This document shows positions 41,564 through 51,110 of a stretch of DNA of 64,000 bases, one piece after another. This DNA comes from an uncultured Pelagibacteraceae bacterium (GTDB lineage Bacteria > Pseudomonadota > Alphaproteobacteria > Pelagibacterales > Pelagibacteraceae), in contig CACOQN010000007.1 of assembly GCA_902629285.1 (NCBI GenBank), positions 8,180-72,179 of the forward strand, given 5' to 3'. The position numbers and the translations under genes are program-made. How positions within the stretch are numbered: position 1 is the first letter of the stretch; each line of letters opens with the position of its first letter. The notes under the pieces were generated by a model that saw only the letters and a program-made list of their open reading frames with translations, was not told the DNA's origin and searched no databases.

Positions 41564-42514
41564 TTAACTTAAAATTTTATAAAATAGTGATGTTTTTTTT
41601 ATAATAAAATTACTTACCTTTGGTGAATTATCACCAACCACCCTCATTTCAGACAATTTACCATTGCAATGAAGAGCAAGATTACAACCTGCACTAAATG
41701 TTTTGATTGTATTGGTTTTTAAATTATCTTTTAAACTTTTCATTGATAAATCATCTGAAATCAGAATGTTTTTAAAGCCAATTTTTTTTCTAATTAAATT
41801 TATAATTTTTTTTGAGTGTGTAGCTGTATTTAACTTATCAATACTTCGATATATTACATGGGCTGTCATTGCAAAAAAACTCTGTTTTTTCTTGAATGGA
41901 AAAAAATCATTTTTATTTAAATAATCTAAGTTTTTTGTAACTATAGGAGTAAATTTATGACTATCTACCTTAGCTAATCCATGTCCTGGTATATGTTTCA
42001 TCACAGTTCCAATGGAATTTTGATGAAAATAATTAATACAAATATCTCCAATTTTAGAGATTTTTTTTTTATTTTTTGAAAAAGATCTATCACCAATAAT
42101 ACTACTGGCTCCTTTAACTCGAAGGTCTAAAACAGGAACGGTGTTTATATTAACACCGATTGATTTAAGTAAATATGAAGTCTTATCGATAAATAATTTA
42201 TAAATCATATTAAATTTTTTCTTATCTTTTGAGAATAAATTACCAAAATATTCAGCAGTCAAATTATCAAATGATATAATTTTACTTAATCGATTTACAC
42301 GTCCACCTTCTTGATCAATTAATATTGGGTATTTTTTATCTTTAAATATCTTTTTTATTCTATCAGTAAATTTTTTAGTTTGTTCAATTGAAGTTATGTT
42401 TCTTGAAAATAAAATAACACCCCATGGCTTATATTTTTTTAAAAAAGCAATTTCTTTATTTGATAACTTTGATGATTTCAAACCAACAATAAAGGATCTT
42501 CTGTTCTTAATCAT
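41564..42514 (-). CDS. nagZ: Beta-N-acetylhexosaminidase
   Basis: DQEGGRV, KHIPGHG, DSH, SDDL. Confidence 0.95.
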   Translation of the reverse strand: MIKNRRSFIVGLKSSKLSNKEIAFLKKYKPWGVILFSRNITSIEQTKKFTDRIKKIFKDKKYPILIDQEGGRVNRLSKIISFDNLTAEYFGNLFSKDKKKFNMIYKLFIDKTSYLLKSIGVNINTVPVLDLRVKGASSIIGDRSFSKNKKKISKIGDICINYFHQNSIGTVMKHIPGHGLAKVDSHKFTPIVTKNLDYLNKNDFFPFKKKQSFFAMTAHVIYRSIDKLNTATHSKKIINLIRKKIGFKNILISDDLSMKSLKDNLKTNTIKTFSAGCNLALHCNGKLSEMRVVGDNSPKVSNFIIKKTSLFYKILS

Positions 42515-42767
42515 TCTCTAAAAGTTTCCAAAAATTAAACTTTTTTTTCTTTTTTTTATTTGTTTGCTTCACGTATTCTATTATATTTTGAGTATCATTT
42601 TCTAAAACAGGTAAATTTTTTGAATATAATTTAATTTTTTCATCGATATTTTTATATGATCTGTATGATTTCTTCTTATTTTCATCTGAAAAATAATATC
42701 TACCAGTCAAAAAAATAAATAAAACAATTACAACAATGAATATTAAATACTTAATTTCTTTTAGCAT
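42507..42767 (-). CDS. Small single-pass membrane protein between argS and nagZ
   Basis: N-terminal TM helix; overlaps both neighbours. Confidence 0.75.
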   Translation of the reverse strand: MLKEIKYLIFIVVIVLFIFLTGRYYFSDENKKKSYRSYKNIDEKIKLYSKNLPVLENDTQNIIEYVKQTNKKKKKKFNFWKLLEND

Positions 42768-44500
42768 TACATTTTATCTGGTGTATCTACGCCAACTATA
42801 TCCATTCCTGATTTTACAACGTTAGATATTGCTTTTAAAAAAATCAATTTATCTGGAGAAACTGTTTTTTGATCATTAATAAATCTTTTTTCTGGGTTTT
42901 GCTTACCAAGATTCCAATAATAGTGAAATTCTGAGGCAAGATCATATAAATAAACAGGTATTCTATGCGGTTCTAATTTTGAACTAGCTGCATGAATGCA
43001 TTTGGGCCATTCTGAAATCTTTTTTAAGATTTTGATCTCATCATTTGAATATTCAAAACTAAAATCATCTAATTCAATCTTTGAATTTAAATCTTTATCA
43101 ATATGTCTAAAGACAGATGAAATTCTAGCATAACAATATTGAACATAGTATAATGGATTATCTTTAGATTTTTCTTTTACAGCATCAAAATCAAAATCTA
43201 ATTCCACATCACTACTTCTGTTAAGCATGATAAATCTAGTTGCATCTTTTCCAACCTCTTCAATTAAATCATCAACGGTAATATAGTCTCCCTTTCTTTT
43301 GGACATCTTAAATGGTTTGTTGTCTTTAATTAATTTTACAAGCTGACTAATTTTACAAATCAATTTATCTTTTTTTCCTGATAATGCTTCAACTGAAGAT
43401 GAAATTCTTTTGATGTAACCAGCATGATCTGCTCCAAGGATATTTATTAAATAATCAAATTTACGATCTACTTTATTTTTATGATAAGCAACATCACTAG
43501 CAAAATAGGTCCAGGTTCCATCTGATTTTTGTAATGCTCTATCTTTATCGTCACCAAAATCAGTAGATTTAAAAAGTAATTGTTCTCTTTCTACCCAGTT
43601 TTTATCGTCTTCTCCAGCTGGAGCTTTAATTTTTCCTTTGTATACAAATTTATTCTTTTCTAAAAATTTTATTACACTCTCTACTTCATTGTTTAAAACA
43701 ATACTTTTTTCACTAACAAAATTATCGTGGTTAATTCCTAAACTCTTAAGGTTTTTTTTAATTAACAGTAGCGCTTGTTCTATAGATAAAACTGTTAACT
43801 TATCGCTTATTTCCTCATAATTATCAAAATTTAGATCTGAATTATCGGAAACTATATTTTTTGCAAAATCGATTAAATAATCTCCAGGATATAAATCAGG
43901 GTTATCTTGAGGAAATGTTTCATTAAATTTTACTTCCCTAATTCTAAAGTATACAGATTTTGTAAAATTTATAATCTGGTTACCATAATCATTTACATAA
44001 TACTCTTTTGTAACCTTGTGTTTATTAAATTTTAACACATTAGATATGACATCACCTAAAATAGCTCCTCTACAGTGACCAACATGCAAAGGTCCTGTTG
44101 GGTTGGCTGATACGAATTCAACTAAGTAGTTATTTTTTTTCTCTTTCTCATTAATTCCAAATTTTTCAGCGTTATCAATAATTTCTTTAATAAATTTTGA
44201 CCAAAAAGATGGCTTAAATTTAATGTTTATGAAACCAGGTTTAGCAACGGATATATTGTCTATTTGATCATCGTTATTTTTTATTTCAAGCGCAAGGTTT
44301 TCTGCCAATTCTATTGGTGAGGTTTTATTTTGTTTAGATAAAACCATTGCAACATTAGTTGAAATATCACAATCAAATTTTGGAGGTGGTATTTCCGCAT
44401 TAATACCATTGAAACTTTCTGGAACGATGAGTTGATTTTTTTTACTAAGCTCTACAATAATAGATTTAATTTTATCTAAATATAATTCAAAAATATTCAT
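42767..44500 (-). CDS. argS: Arginine--tRNA ligase
   Basis: SANPTGPLHVGH, KMSKR, YVQYCYAR. Confidence 0.97.
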   Translation of the reverse strand: MNIFELYLDKIKSIIVELSKKNQLIVPESFNGINAEIPPPKFDCDISTNVAMVLSKQNKTSPIELAENLALEIKNNDDQIDNISVAKPGFINIKFKPSFWSKFIKEIIDNAEKFGINEKEKKNNYLVEFVSANPTGPLHVGHCRGAILGDVISNVLKFNKHKVTKEYYVNDYGNQIINFTKSVYFRIREVKFNETFPQDNPDLYPGDYLIDFAKNIVSDNSDLNFDNYEEISDKLTVLSIEQALLLIKKNLKSLGINHDNFVSEKSIVLNNEVESVIKFLEKNKFVYKGKIKAPAGEDDKNWVEREQLLFKSTDFGDDKDRALQKSDGTWTYFASDVAYHKNKVDRKFDYLINILGADHAGYIKRISSSVEALSGKKDKLICKISQLVKLIKDNKPFKMSKRKGDYITVDDLIEEVGKDATRFIMLNRSSDVELDFDFDAVKEKSKDNPLYYVQYCYARISSVFRHIDKDLNSKIELDDFSFEYSNDEIKILKKISEWPKCIHAASSKLEPHRIPVYLYDLASEFHYYWNLGKQNPEKRFINDQKTVSPDKLIFLKAISNVVKSGMDIVGVDTPDKM

Positions 44501-45615
44501 TTATTATCATTATAAAGGTTAATTGCGTATCTATCAGTCATACCAGATATAAAATCTGAAATAGCTCTATATTTGTCTTTAGTCAATTGCTCTTTAGTAA
44601 GAAATTTTCTAGGATTTGATTTAATTATTTTAAATAATTTCTTAATTATCATTTTACCTCTTTGATTCTTATTAAGCACTGATTTATTGTCATACATTCT
44701 ATGTCTTAAAAATGATCTGATTTCTTTTTCTGAATCTTCTATTTTATCTGAAAAAGAAACTGTTAATTGATTTGATTTAGATACATCTTTTAATGACTTT
44801 ATTTTAAATTTTTTAATATTTTTTTCAGTATTACTTAGTAAATCTCTAATCATAATATCTATTGAATCTCTGATGATTTGATAAATAGCAATTTTATAAT
44901 TTTTTTTATTAATTTTGTTTTTATATTTTTTGTAAATATTTTTGAAAAAATCTATTTCAACTAATTCCTCAAGTTTAAATAAGTTAGCTTTAATCCCATC
45001 TTGAATATCATGATTATTATAAGCAATATCATCTGATATAGCTGATATTTGAGCCTCTAACGATGGATAAGTATTAAAATTAATTTTATTTTTGAAAACT
45101 TTTATACCAATTAGTTTATTGATCATGCTAAGATCATCTATTGGACCGTTATGTTTTAAAAGTCCTTCTAAAGTTTCAAGAGTTAAATTTAGTCCAGCAA
45201 ATTTAAAATATTTATTTTCTAAAAACATTACGATTCTTAGTGTCTGAAGATTATGATCAAAACCACCATAATCTTGCATACATTCATCTAGAGCATCCTC
45301 TCCTGCATGACCAAAAGGTGTGTGGCCTAAATCATGTGCGAGACTCAAGGTTTCTGCTAAATCTTCGTTTAATTTTAGGTATTTTGCAATTGATCTTGCT
45401 ATTTGAGCAACTTCAATTGAATGAGTGATCCTGGTTCTAAAATGATCCCCTTCTGTGTTAACAAATACTTGGGTTTTATGCTTTAATCTTCTAAATGATG
45501 CACTGTGAATTATTCGATCTCTGTCACGTTGAAAAGGAGATCTGTATTTTGAATTAGCTTCTTTATTAAGTCTACCTTTACTTTTAAATACGCCTAACAA
45601 AGTGTCTTTTTTCAT
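44497..45615 (-). CDS. dgt: dGTP triphosphohydrolase (HD domain)
   Basis: FQRDRDRI, LAHDLGHTPFGH, DDIAY. Confidence 0.95.
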   Translation of the reverse strand: MKKDTLLGVFKSKGRLNKEANSKYRSPFQRDRDRIIHSASFRRLKHKTQVFVNTEGDHFRTRITHSIEVAQIARSIAKYLKLNEDLAETLSLAHDLGHTPFGHAGEDALDECMQDYGGFDHNLQTLRIVMFLENKYFKFAGLNLTLETLEGLLKHNGPIDDLSMINKLIGIKVFKNKINFNTYPSLEAQISAISDDIAYNNHDIQDGIKANLFKLEELVEIDFFKNIYKKYKNKINKKNYKIAIYQIIRDSIDIMIRDLLSNTEKNIKKFKIKSLKDVSKSNQLTVSFSDKIEDSEKEIRSFLRHRMYDNKSVLNKNQRGKMIIKKLFKIIKSNPRKFLTKEQLTKDKYRAISDFISGMTDRYAINLYNDNK

Positions 45616-45665
45616 CCTTTAATTTAAATAATTAAGTATTATATTAGTAATACCAGTGTTCAGAC

Positions 45666-45983
45666 ATGATTAAAGAAATTAAATTTACGGATAAAGCGTT
45701 AAAACAAATAGATAATTTGTTATCAAAAAAAGACAAAGGATCATTCTTCAGAATCGCTATTAAAGGTGGAGGATGTTCTGGTTTTCAATATGAGTTTACT
45801 TTTGATAAATCAAAACAACATGATGATTTAAATTATCAAAATATTTTAATTGATAAAACCTCAGCTGATTTACTTAAAGGATCTGAGGTTGATTATGTGT
45901 CAGAATTAATTGGTGAACAGTTCAAAATATCTAATCCACAAACCAAATCTTCTTGTGGTTGTGGAGTTTCTTTCTCACTTTAA
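45666..45983 (+). CDS. erpA: A-type Fe-S carrier (HesB family)
   Basis: GGCSG, CGCGVSF. Confidence 0.88.
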   Translation: MIKEIKFTDKALKQIDNLLSKKDKGSFFRIAIKGGGCSGFQYEFTFDKSKQHDDLNYQNILIDKTSADLLKGSEVDYVSELIGEQFKISNPQTKSSCGCGVSFSL

Positions 45984-46759
45984 TGCTCATTTCATCTTGG
46001 AATGTTAACTCGGTAAGAGCAAGAATTGAAAATATCAAAAGTTATTTATTAAAATATAAACCTGATATTTTAATGATGCAGGAAATCAAAACTGAAGATG
46101 TAAATTTTCCATATGATGATTTTTCATCAATTGAATATGAAAGTCATGTATTTGGTCAAAAAAGTTATAATGGTGTGGCAATCATCTCAAAAAATAAATT
46201 AAAAAATGTTAAAACAGATTTAATTAAGGATAAGTTAAAACAATCAAGAATAATTTCAGCTGAATTTGAACATAAGAAAAAAAATATACAATTAATAAAT
46301 ATTTACACCCCAAATGGTAATCCTGTAGATACAGAGAAATATGATTATAAAAAAAATTGGCTTAACCAATTAATAAAGCAATTAAAAACTTTATCCAAAA
46401 AAAATTCTAATATTATTTTAGCTGGTGATTTTAATATCATTCCATCAGCAGAAGATGTTTACAATGTTAAAAGTTTTGAAGATGATGCTTTGTACCGACT
46501 TGAAATAAGAAAAAAATTTAGAGAAATAATTAATCTTGGTTTCAATGATGTCTACAGACATTTTCATGAAGATAAAGAAGGATATACATTTTGGGATTAT
46601 ATGCGGGGAGCATGGCAAAAAAATAATGGCATGCGAATTGATCATTTTTTAGTTTCAAACTCTATAATTGAACATATTAAGGATATTAATATTAATAAAG
46701 ATCCACGTGGAAGAGAAAAGCCCTCTGATCACACACCTATTGAGATTAATTTAGCTTAA
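45983..46759 (+). CDS. xth: Exodeoxyribonuclease III
   Basis: SWNVNS, QEIK, GDFN, SDH; ATG at 45983 (TAATG overlap) preferred to track start 45953. Confidence 0.95.
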   Translation: MLISSWNVNSVRARIENIKSYLLKYKPDILMMQEIKTEDVNFPYDDFSSIEYESHVFGQKSYNGVAIISKNKLKNVKTDLIKDKLKQSRIISAEFEHKKKNIQLINIYTPNGNPVDTEKYDYKKNWLNQLIKQLKTLSKKNSNIILAGDFNIIPSAEDVYNVKSFEDDALYRLEIRKKFREIINLGFNDVYRHFHEDKEGYTFWDYMRGAWQKNNGMRIDHFLVSNSIIEHIKDININKDPRGREKPSDHTPIEINLA

Positions 46760-47749
46760 AGATTTAATTTTGTTTACTAATTTTTCGTTAATATTTCTTG
46801 GACCAGTGTCCATTCTATTCTTGTGACGTCTTTCTCCGGGTAGTCTTACTTCGCCCATTGATTTCATTTTTTGAAAAAATTCCTCAGCATGTTTTTGCCA
46901 ATTAGTACCTGATGTTTTATCTGGGTTAATAGCTAGTATGAATTCACCACCACTTGGAGGACCGCCATCATTATTATCTTTAGCAGCTGTTTCAAAACTA
47001 AAATTGTCTCCAACTAATGCACCTGCCATTAATTCTACCATCATTGCAATTGCCGATCCTTTGTAACCACCAAAAGGTAATAAAACACCACCATCAGTAA
47101 TTTCTGCTGGATCAGTTGTCTCTTTACCATCTTTAGTTAAACCAGTTCCAAGTGGAACTTTATGCCCTTCTCTTTTAGCAACTTGAACTTCTCCCATCGC
47201 CATTGAGGCTGTTGCCATATCATAAACAACTGGTGTTTTCCCTGGACGTGGCCAAGCAAAAGAAATTGGATTAGTTCCAAACAATGGCTTTATAGCACCA
47301 GCAGGTGCTACAGCAGGCTTGTAAGATGTACAAGCAAATGCAACCAAACCATCTTCTGCTAATTTTTCTGTTTCAGGCCACATAGCAGCCATGTGATGTG
47401 AATTGTTTATTGCCAATACCGCTACACCATTTTCTTTTGCAGCTTTGGCCAATTCAGGCAATCCTCTATTCAAAACAACAGGTGCTAAACAATTATTTCC
47501 TTCAACTTTGATAACAGATGAAGATATTTTTTTTACTTCTGGCTTCCCCTTTCCATTAATCTTTCCACTTTTAAGTCCTGTCACATACGCTGGTAATCTA
47601 AACAAACCATGTGATACTGAACCATCTCTTTCGGCATTTCTAATTAAATCTGATAAAATTGATGCTGTTTCATTATCACATCCATTTGCCAATAGAGTTT
47701 TTTTAGCTAGATCAAATATTTCATCTAAACTTAAAGTTACAGTACTCAT
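46751..47749 (-). CDS. Type 2 malate/L-lactate dehydrogenase family oxidoreductase (ComC/DpkA-like), substrate unresolved
   Basis: SHGLFRLP, FGTNPI, GYKG, RLPG. Confidence 0.9.
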   Translation of the reverse strand: MSTVTLSLDEIFDLAKKTLLANGCDNETASILSDLIRNAERDGSVSHGLFRLPAYVTGLKSGKINGKGKPEVKKISSSVIKVEGNNCLAPVVLNRGLPELAKAAKENGVAVLAINNSHHMAAMWPETEKLAEDGLVAFACTSYKPAVAPAGAIKPLFGTNPISFAWPRPGKTPVVYDMATASMAMGEVQVAKREGHKVPLGTGLTKDGKETTDPAEITDGGVLLPFGGYKGSAIAMMVELMAGALVGDNFSFETAAKDNNDGGPPSGGEFILAINPDKTSGTNWQKHAEEFFQKMKSMGEVRLPGERRHKNRMDTGPRNINEKLVNKIKSLS

Positions 47750-48147
47750 TATTTTGATTTACATTTCTTACATAAACCAAAAAATTCTAAATTATATTTG
47801 CTATATTTCATTCCTGAACTGTCTGAAAAATTAGATAAATATTTTGAAAGTTTTGAATTACTTATTTCGGATACATTTTCACAACTCTCACAAATTGAAA
47901 ATGCTGTAGCTTTTGAAACCTGGCAGTTAGAATTTTGACAAGCTATAAAAGCATTTCTACTCTCAATCTTATGAATTTTTCCAATTTCAACTAACTTATC
48001 TAGCGCTCTATAAACTTGTAATGGCGCTTTAATTCCTTTTTTTTGAACATTAAATAAAATTGAATAAGCTTTCATTGGTCCACGGGATTTATCAATAAGA
48101 TCAAAAATAATTTTTTGATTTTTAGAAAGATTATGTTCTTTTTGCAT
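47749..48147 (-). CDS. zur: Zinc uptake regulator (Fur family)
   Basis: VYRALDKL, HKIES, two CxxC; follows znuCB. Confidence 0.92.
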   Translation of the reverse strand: MQKEHNLSKNQKIIFDLIDKSRGPMKAYSILFNVQKKGIKAPLQVYRALDKLVEIGKIHKIESRNAFIACQNSNCQVSKATAFSICESCENVSEISNSKLSKYLSNFSDSSGMKYSKYNLEFFGLCKKCKSK

Positions 48148-48171
48148 CTTTAAATTCTTATCAATTAGTTA

Positions 48172-48975
48172 TCAGTTTTTCAATTTAATCGATTGTTTAA
48201 TGTTAAGTAAAGACAATATAAATAATACTAAGGCCGCCATAATTATTGAAGGCCCAGAAGATGTGTTAAATTCTAATGAAGAAAATAAACCTAATAAAAC
48301 AGATAAAAGACCACCAATTATTGAGAATAATACCATCTTTTGTGGACTGTCCGATAAATTTCTTGCCATAGCAGCAGGTATAATCAGCATTCCAGTAATT
48401 AATAATAATCCGACCATTTTAATTGATATTGCAATCACTGCCGCCATAAGAATAGTAAATATAGCTTTTGCTCTATCAGGATTTAATCCTTCTGCTTCAG
48501 CTAATTCATAATTAACTGTCGATGCAAATAAAGGTTTCCATATCAATTTAAGAACTAATAAAATCAAGGCTCCACCAGTCCAGATAATTAACAAATCATC
48601 AGTTGTAACAGCTAATATATCACCAAATAACAGCCCCATAATATCAAAACGAATAAAAGTTAAAAAACCTATTACAACTAATCCGACTGCTAATGAGGAA
48701 TGAGCTAATAAACCAAGTAAAGCATCACCTGGTAAATTAGTTTTTTTTTGTAACTGAATTAATATTAATGCAACTACAGATGAAATTAAAAATACAGTTA
48801 ATGCAATATTAATTTCAAACGAATACGCTATTGTTACTCCTAATAAAGCTGAATGCGATAATGTATCACCAAAATAAGATAATCTTCTCCAAACGACAAA
48901 ACAACCAAGAGGTCCCGTCACTAAAGCGATACCAAGACCTGCAATAAGTGCCCGTATGAAAAAATCATCAAACAT
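48172..48975 (-). CDS. znuB: Zinc ABC transporter permease
   Basis: WRRLSYFGDTLSH, LFGDIL. Confidence 0.94.
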   Translation of the reverse strand: MFDDFFIRALIAGLGIALVTGPLGCFVVWRRLSYFGDTLSHSALLGVTIAYSFEINIALTVFLISSVVALILIQLQKKTNLPGDALLGLLAHSSLAVGLVVIGFLTFIRFDIMGLLFGDILAVTTDDLLIIWTGGALILLVLKLIWKPLFASTVNYELAEAEGLNPDRAKAIFTILMAAVIAISIKMVGLLLITGMLIIPAAMARNLSDSPQKMVLFSIIGGLLSVLLGLFSSLEFNTSSGPSIIMAALVLFILSLLNIKQSIKLKN

Positions 48976-48976
48976 A

Positions 48977-49723
48977 CTAATTCTTCTTTATTTCACCTTT
49001 ATCCGAATGAACGTGATCATGTTTATGTTCATATACAGAAAGAATTTGAGATGCTTGTTCACCAAATAAGGTTTTATATTCATTGTTTTTAGCAACATCC
49101 ATTGGTGTACCTGAACAACAAACATGACCATTTAAACAAACAACATGATCTGTTGCAGTCATGACTGTATGTAAATCATGAGATATTAGTAAAATTCCAC
49201 AATTTAGTGTGTCAGAGATTCTTTTAATTAATTCATATAAAGCAATCTCACCAGTGTAATCTACACCTTGAACTGGTTCATCAAGAACCAATAGTTCTGG
49301 CTTTTTGGAAATTGCCCTTGCAATTAAAACTCTTTGAAATTCACCGCCTGACAAATTTCCTAAGTTTTTATTCTTAAGGTGTATAACTCCAGTTAAGTTA
49401 AGAGCTTCATCTATTACTTCATCTTTAATATTCTCTGTTAAAAGCATAAAATCGTGAACTCTAAGTGGCAGTGTCCAATCAATTGATATTTTTTGAGGAA
49501 CATATCCAACCTTGTTTGTATATTTCTCAACACTTCCCTCTATATTTTTGTAAATTCCCAATGCAATTTTTGCAGTAGTACTTTTCCCAGAACCATTCGG
49601 TCCAATGAGGGTAACAATTTTTCCTTTTTCAACAGTTAAGGAAACACCTTCTACTAGCCATTTATCATTTTGTTTAAAACCGGCGTTATTTAATTTTACT
49701 AATGTACTGTTTTCTAAACTCAT
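48977..49723 (-). CDS. znuC: Zinc ABC transporter ATPase
   Basis: GPNGSGKST, LSGGEFQR, His-rich tail. Confidence 0.94.
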   Translation of the reverse strand: MSLENSTLVKLNNAGFKQNDKWLVEGVSLTVEKGKIVTLIGPNGSGKSTTAKIALGIYKNIEGSVEKYTNKVGYVPQKISIDWTLPLRVHDFMLLTENIKDEVIDEALNLTGVIHLKNKNLGNLSGGEFQRVLIARAISKKPELLVLDEPVQGVDYTGEIALYELIKRISDTLNCGILLISHDLHTVMTATDHVVCLNGHVCCSGTPMDVAKNNEYKTLFGEQASQILSVYEHKHDHVHSDKGEIKKN

Positions 49724-49741
49724 AAATTGCTTGACTTATAA

Positions 49742-49775
49742 ATGTTATATTATTACATACTGTTATATTATAACA
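49742..49775. promoter_or_regulatory. Tandem Zur boxes
   Basis: Perfect 7-1-7 TGTTATA-T-TATAACA at 49761-49775; near-copy ATGTTATATTATTACAT at 49742-49758; between divergent znuC and znuA. Confidence 0.8.
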
Positions 49776-49794
49776 ACCAATTAAATTACTTATT

Positions 49795-50808
49795 ATGAAA
49801 AATATTAAAAAAATACCTCTTATATTCTCAATATTATCAATTTTAACATTCTTTACACCAGCAAATGCTGAAATAAAAGTAGTTGCTTCTATTAAACCAA
49901 TTCATTCATTAGCCAGTTATTTAATGGACGGTATTGCTAAACCTGATCTAATAGTTGATGGATATGCATCTCCACACGGATTTGCTATGAAACCGTCACA
50001 CGCAAAAATGCTTCAAAATGCTGACCTAATATTCTGGGTTGGTGAAGATTTGGAAAATTTTTTAGAAAAACCATTGAGTTCAATAGCTAAGAAAGCAGAA
50101 AAAATTGAATTAATGGAAACTAAAGGATTACAGGTATTAAAATTTAGAGAAAGAAATATTTTTGACGAACATGATCATGACGATCATGGACATGATGATC
50201 ACGGTAAAAAAGAGGATGATCATGACCACGATCATGATGACCACGGTAAAAAAGAAGATGATCATGACGACCACGGACATGACGATCATGATGGACATGC
50301 ACATGGTGAATTTGATCCACACATTTGGTTAGACCCAATTAATGCAAAAGTTATGTTAAATGAAATGACGTTGCATTTAATTGAAAATGATCCAAAAAAT
50401 GAAGCTAAATACAAAAGTAATTTAGCTAAAGCTTTACAAGAAATCGACAAACTTACAATTGATGTAATGACAGATTTAAGCAGCAGCGTTTCTTCAATTG
50501 TATTCCATGATGCTTATCAATATTTTGAGGAAAGATTTAATGTTAAAGTGTTAGGTGCATTTACTGTTAATACTGACGTAATGCCTGGTGCTGAACAGCT
50601 AGCTGAAATAAGAGAAATTATTGAGCATGATAAAGTTTCTTGTGTGTTCTCTGAGCCTCAATTTAATCCTGATATTATCAAAGCAGTAGCAAAAGATATG
50701 AAGATTAAAACTGGTGTTTTAGATCCCCTAGGTGCAACATTAGACCCAGGTAAAGATCTATATTTCAATTTAATTAGAAATATGTCTGCATCTTTCAAAG
50801 GCTGCTAA
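49795..50808 (+). CDS. znuA: Zinc ABC transporter substrate-binding protein
   Basis: SPH, His/Asp-rich loop, DPHIWLDP, FHDAY. Confidence 0.95.
   Translation: MKNIKKIPLIFSILSILTFFTPANAEIKVVASIKPIHSLASYLMDGIAKPDLIVDGYASPHGFAMKPSHAKMLQNADLIFWVGEDLENFLEKPLSSIAKKAEKIELMETKGLQVLKFRERNIFDEHDHDDHGHDDHGKKEDDHDHDHDDHGKKEDDHDDHGHDDHDGHAHGEFDPHIWLDPINAKVMLNEMTLHLIENDPKNEAKYKSNLAKALQEIDKLTIDVMTDLSSSVSSIVFHDAYQYFEERFNVKVLGAFTVNTDVMPGAEQLAEIREIIEHDKVSCVFSEPQFNPDIIKAVAKDMKIKTGVLDPLGATLDPGKDLYFNLIRNMSASFKGC
50191..50268 (+). repeat. Near-identical 36-nt direct repeat, period 42, inside znuA His loop
   Basis: catgatga(t/c)cacggtaaaaaaga(g/a)gatgatcatgac at 50191 and 50233. Confidence 0.9.
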
Positions 50809-50847
50809 TTTAAAGGAATAAAAATTAAATTTTAGTTTCCTCTATAA

Positions 50848-50865
50848 TTGTAATAAATTCGTAAC
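50848..50865 (+). promoter_or_regulatory. Pho-box-like 11-bp-period direct repeat
   Basis: TTGTAATAAAT-TCGTAAC matches 14/18 positions of CTGTCATA(A/T)A(T/A)CTGT(C/A)A(C/T). Confidence 0.45.
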
Positions 50866-50888
50866 AAAAATTACAAATAGAGGAGACT

Positions 50889-51110
50889 ATGTTTATTAAA
50901 AAATATCTAAAATGGATTAGTACAGCTCTTGTTTTAACAGGTATATTGTTAACTAATTTAAATATCTACCCTGTCAATATTTACTTTCATGGATTAGGAG
51001 TTGTGGGTTGGACTATTGCAGGATTTATATCAAAAGATAAGGCTATATTAACTAACTTTGGATTACAAATACCATTGTTTGTAATTGGAATTTATAAAAT
51101 TATTTTCTAA
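50889..51110 (+). CDS. Small three-TM protein (DUF6552/PnuC-half-like)
   Basis: KW.ST.L.L.G, LNIYP.N, GW...G...KD; strong SD AGGAG. Confidence 0.75.
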   Translation: MFIKKYLKWISTALVLTGILLTNLNIYPVNIYFHGLGVVGWTIAGFISKDKAILTNFGLQIPLFVIGIYKIIF

